Source: Acidobacteriaceae bacterium (GTDB taxonomy: Bacteria > Acidobacteriota > Terriglobia > Terriglobales > Acidobacteriaceae). From it: 37,588 bases of DNA. The translations under genes were made by a program, and so were the position numbers. Location of the stretch: NCBI GenBank assembly GCA_003165455.1, contig PLUJ01000273.1:1-37588 (forward strand), in the 5' to 3' direction. The notes beneath the pieces were generated by a model. That model did no database searches, had not been told where the DNA came from, and was given only the letters and a program-made list of their open reading frames with translations. Below are positions 35,006 to 37,588 of the stretch, piece by piece (position 1 is the stretch's first letter; every line of letters begins with the position of its first letter).

Positions 35006-36625
35006 ATGAATAGAAATCTACTTTGGCAGTTGGTTCTCATCCTCGGCGTTCTGCTGGTCTTCCTGTTTGGGATCTTCGGCATTCCGCAAAGCCTTTCGGG
35101 TGGCGGATTGCTTACCGCCATGACGAATCGCATTCACCTCGGGCTGGACTTGCGCGGCGGAACCCACTTGATTCTGCAAGTGCAGGTGAACGATGCAATC
35201 AATGTGGATGCGCAGAATGCGATCGAAACTCTTAAGGAGCAGCTGAATAAGCGCAAGATCGCTTTTGGGGATATCGCTCAACCCGATGTGCAGAACAATC
35301 CAGACAGGATCGTGCTGAAGGGTGTTTCGGCAGACGCACGCAAGGATTTGCTCGATATCGCGAACGATCGCCTGCCGGAATACAACGTGAACTCGGGATC
35401 GGATAACGCGTGGACCCTGACCATGAAGCCGCAGATCCTCAGCGATTTGAAGAACAAGGCGGTGGCGCAGGCAATCGAAACCATTCGCAATCGAATCGAT
35501 TCGTTGGGCGTGAGTGAACCTACGATTGAAGAGCACGGCGGCCCGGGCCAATATCAAATTCTGGTGCAGCTGCCGAATATCGACGATCCGGCTCGGGTGA
35601 AGGACATTATGCAGTCCACTGCCATGCTTGAGATCAAGCAGGTGATGGGCGGCCCATACCCCAGCGAGCAGGCGGCAATGCAGGATAAAGGCGGGGTGAT
35701 GCCGTCGGATGCCGTACTGATGCAGGGGCATGGGGCACCTGGAGCGGCTCAAGGCGACCAGGCCTGGTATTTTGTGTCACGTGTTTCGGCGGTCCGAGGC
35801 AAGGATTTGCGTGACGCGCAGCCCAGTACCGACCAGAACGGCCAGCCGAGTGTGCAATTCAATCTGACGGGCGAGGGTGGACAGCGCTTCTATAACTTTA
35901 CTTCCAACCACGTCGGCGACAGTCTGGCGGTGGTTCTGGACAATAAAGTTCAGGAAGTGGCGAACATTAAAGAAGCCATCCGCGATACTGGCACCATCAG
36001 CGGTGGCAGCATGAACCAGCAGCAGGCAAAGGATCTGTCGATGATCCTGCGCTCGGGGGCTCTGCCGGCGGGAATTAAATACCTGGAAGAGCGAACGGTG
36101 GGACCATCGCTGGGAGCGGATTCGATCCGTCACGGTGTGACCGCGGCGGTGATCGGCATGCTCGCGGTGTTGATCTTCATGTTGATTTACTACCGCGCGG
36201 CGGGGATCAATGCGGACATCGCCCTGCTGCTGAACCTGGTTATTCTGCTCGGGTTTATGGGCTACTTTGAAGCGGTATTGACGTTGCCGGGCATCGCGGG
36301 AGTCATTCTGACGGTTGGTATGGGCGTGGATTCTAATGTGCTTATTTTTGAGCGCATTCGCGAAGAGGTCCGCAATGGCAAGACTGCGGCCTCGGCGGTG
36401 GATCAAGGATTTCGGCACGCCTGGATTACGATTGTTGACACCCACGTCACGACCATTGTTTCGGCGGCGATTCTGTTCTTGTTTGGAACCGGGCCGGTGA
36501 AGGGATTTGCGGTTACCCTCACCTTCGGTCTGCTGGCGAATTTATTCACGGCGGTATTCGTTTCGCGCGTGATCTTCGACTGGGTTCTGAGCCGCAAACA
36601 GCGCGGTGAAGCGCTGAGCATATAA
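35006..36625 (+). CDS. secD: Protein translocase subunit SecD
   Basis: N-terminal TM, LGLDLRGGTHLILQV, a large periplasmic domain, and C-terminal 6-TM with GMGVDSNVLIFERIREE. Confidence 0.95.
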   Translation: MNRNLLWQLVLILGVLLVFLFGIFGIPQSLSGGGLLTAMTNRIHLGLDLRGGTHLILQVQVNDAINVDAQNAIETLKEQLNKRKIAFGDIAQPDVQNNPDRIVLKGVSADARKDLLDIANDRLPEYNVNSGSDNAWTLTMKPQILSDLKNKAVAQAIETIRNRIDSLGVSEPTIEEHGGPGQYQILVQLPNIDDPARVKDIMQSTAMLEIKQVMGGPYPSEQAAMQDKGGVMPSDAVLMQGHGAPGAAQGDQAWYFVSRVSAVRGKDLRDAQPSTDQNGQPSVQFNLTGEGGQRFYNFTSNHVGDSLAVVLDNKVQEVANIKEAIRDTGTISGGSMNQQQAKDLSMILRSGALPAGIKYLEERTVGPSLGADSIRHGVTAAVIGMLAVLIFMLIYYRAAGINADIALLLNLVILLGFMGYFEAVLTLPGIAGVILTVGMGVDSNVLIFERIREEVRNGKTAASAVDQGFRHAWITIVDTHVTTIVSAAILFLFGTGPVKGFAVTLTFGLLANLFTAVFVSRVIFDWVLSRKQRGEALSI

Positions 36626-36638
36626 AGGAATTTGTGGG

Positions 36639-36705
36639 TTGTGATTTGTAATCTGCGATTTAAGCCCAGGGCGACGGGTTTTAAATCATAAATTACGAAT
36701 CGCAA
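36639..36705. repeat. Imperfect 25-bp inverted repeat (REP/MITE-like hairpin) in the secD-secF spacer
   Basis: ttgtgatttgtaatctgcgatttaa-(17 nt)-ttaaatcataaattacgaatcgcaa. 20 of 25 positions pair, and all five mismatches are transitions. Confidence 0.55.
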
Positions 36706-36750
36706 CTCACGCGTTCGCAGGAATTCATAAGCAAAAAAGGGGCTATCTCG

Positions 36751-37588
36751 GTGGAGTTCTTTCGCAATACTAATATCGATTTTCTCGGCAAGAAGTGGTA
36801 CTTTTTGGCCTTTTCGCTGGTGTTCAGTGTGGCGGGGGTGTTCTCCATGCTGTTCTGGCATGGTATTCCCTATGGCGTGGATTTCCGCGGCGGGACCCTG
36901 GTGTATGTGAAGTTTTCCCACCCACCGAATGATAACGCTCTGCGCGCGGCGATGGATCACGCAGGCCTGCACAACGCCAAGATTCAGCGCTACGACGTTC
37001 CCTCGAACAACGAAGTGCTAATCGATCTGGATGTGCAGGAGACCAGCGAGCAGGCGCTCGATCACGGCAAGACCCAGATCGTCAATGCGCTCGAGACCGA
37101 TGCCCCAGCGGGAAAGACCGATCTGAACAATGCCAGTTCGCTAGCGATCAAGAACTATTTGATGGATAAAGATCCCATGCATCTGGGTTCCGATGCCGAC
37201 CAGAGATATACGCAGCAGGCGCAGGCGATTGTGACGGCGCGCGATAAGGGCCAGGGCGGGGTCCTGACTTCGTTCGATCAGACGAAGGGGTCTGTCGATC
37301 CGTCGGTGGTGGCGTCCTTGGGCGACGGATTTTTCTTGTCCGATTTCAGCGTGCGGAATGTGGAGATTGTTGGCCCGCAGGTGGGCGCGCAGTTGCGCCG
37401 GCAGGCTTTGCTGGCGACGGTTTATTCGCTGGCTGGCATGCTGATTTATCTGGGTTTCCGCTTTGAGTGGATTTATGGCGTGGCGGCTGTAGTCACGGTT
37501 TTCCATGACACTCTTATTACGGTTGGCGCCTTTTCTTTGCTGAATAAGGACATCTCTCTCACGGTGATCGCCGCCATTCTGACCCTGA
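36751..37588 (+). CDS. secF: Protein translocase subunit SecF (3' end runs off the window)
   Basis: Not in the ORF track because it has no stop. Hand translation from GTG 36751: VEFFRNTNIDFLGKKWYFLAFSLVFSVAGVFSMLFWHGIPYGVDFRGGTLVYV...VGPQVGAQLRRQALLATVYSLAGMLIYLGFRFEWIYGVAAVVTVFHDTLITVGAFSLL.. Confidence 0.9.
   Translation, partial: MEFFRNTNIDFLGKKWYFLAFSLVFSVAGVFSMLFWHGIPYGVDFRGGTLVYVKFSHPPNDNALRAAMDHAGLHNAKIQRYDVPSNNEVLIDLDVQETSEQALDHGKTQIVNALETDAPAGKTDLNNASSLAIKNYLMDKDPMHLGSDADQRYTQQAQAIVTARDKGQGGVLTSFDQTKGSVDPSVVASLGDGFFLSDFSVRNVEIVGPQVGAQLRRQALLATVYSLAGMLIYLGFRFEWIYGVAAVVTVFHDTLITVGAFSLLNKDISLTVIAAILTL

Noticed and set aside
1-37588. Search for CRISPR arrays, tRNA or rRNA genes, IS elements or transposases, integrases, prophage blocks and known defence-system genes
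   Set aside because: None found by eye. The only tandem or dispersed repeats are the short REP-like elements and intragenic duplications listed above. The only mobile-type module is the decayed TA pair.

Overview
GC-rich bacterial chromosomal window. I infer Acidobacteriota from the gene content and from several REP-like repeat families that I recognise from that phylum. No search could be run, so every family call rests on motifs read from the translations.

Gene order:
- 5'-partial ArnT/GT39-like glycosyltransferase (-)
- secreted GH144/glucoamylase-like glycosidase (+)
- secreted Kelch/galactose-oxidase-like propeller (+)
- three-gene selenocysteine formate dehydrogenase operon (+): alpha subunit with in-frame UGA plus SECIS hairpin, 4Fe-4S beta subunit, NrfD-type membrane subunit
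- Big_2-phosphoesterase lipoprotein (+)
- DUF1345 membrane protein (-)
- mnmE (-)
- beta-carbonic anhydrase (+)
- TlpA-like thioredoxin protein (-)
- an accessory, decayed patch at about 16.0-20.9 kb: an orphan 153-aa protein, a PD40 propeller gene remnant, a frameshifted SBBP-repeat/Ig-like secreted protein, an orphan STAS protein, and a toxin-antitoxin pair whose toxin is frameshifted
- mnmG (-)
- a 680-bp intergenic region
- a histidine phosphatase, two sulfotransferases and an amidohydrolase_2 enzyme in a row (+)
- secreted DUF4185-like protein (-)
- a CADD/heme-oxygenase-like diiron protein followed by a hotdog thioesterase, a VOC protein and a metallophosphoesterase (+)
- a Cys-rich small protein and a YXWGXW-repeat protein (-)
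- tgt-yajC-secD-secF (+, secF runs off the window)

No rRNA, tRNA, CRISPR array, transposase or integrase was seen.

Observations I consider most worth follow-up:
1. REP/MITE-like palindromic elements sit in frame inside two essential tRNA-modification genes, mnmE and tgt, and also between genes.
2. The Sec-containing FDH lacks a Tat signal and has an NrfD anchor.
3. An orphan double-sulfotransferase cassette.
4. The CADD-like cluster.
5. Two frameshifted genes.
6. An 11-mer, GTGTTCCACGT, recurs three times. One copy lies inside a perfect 16-bp palindrome upstream of mnmG.

I found no clear-cut new defence or mobile system. Coordinates of non-ORF features were counted by hand and may be off by 1-2 nt.
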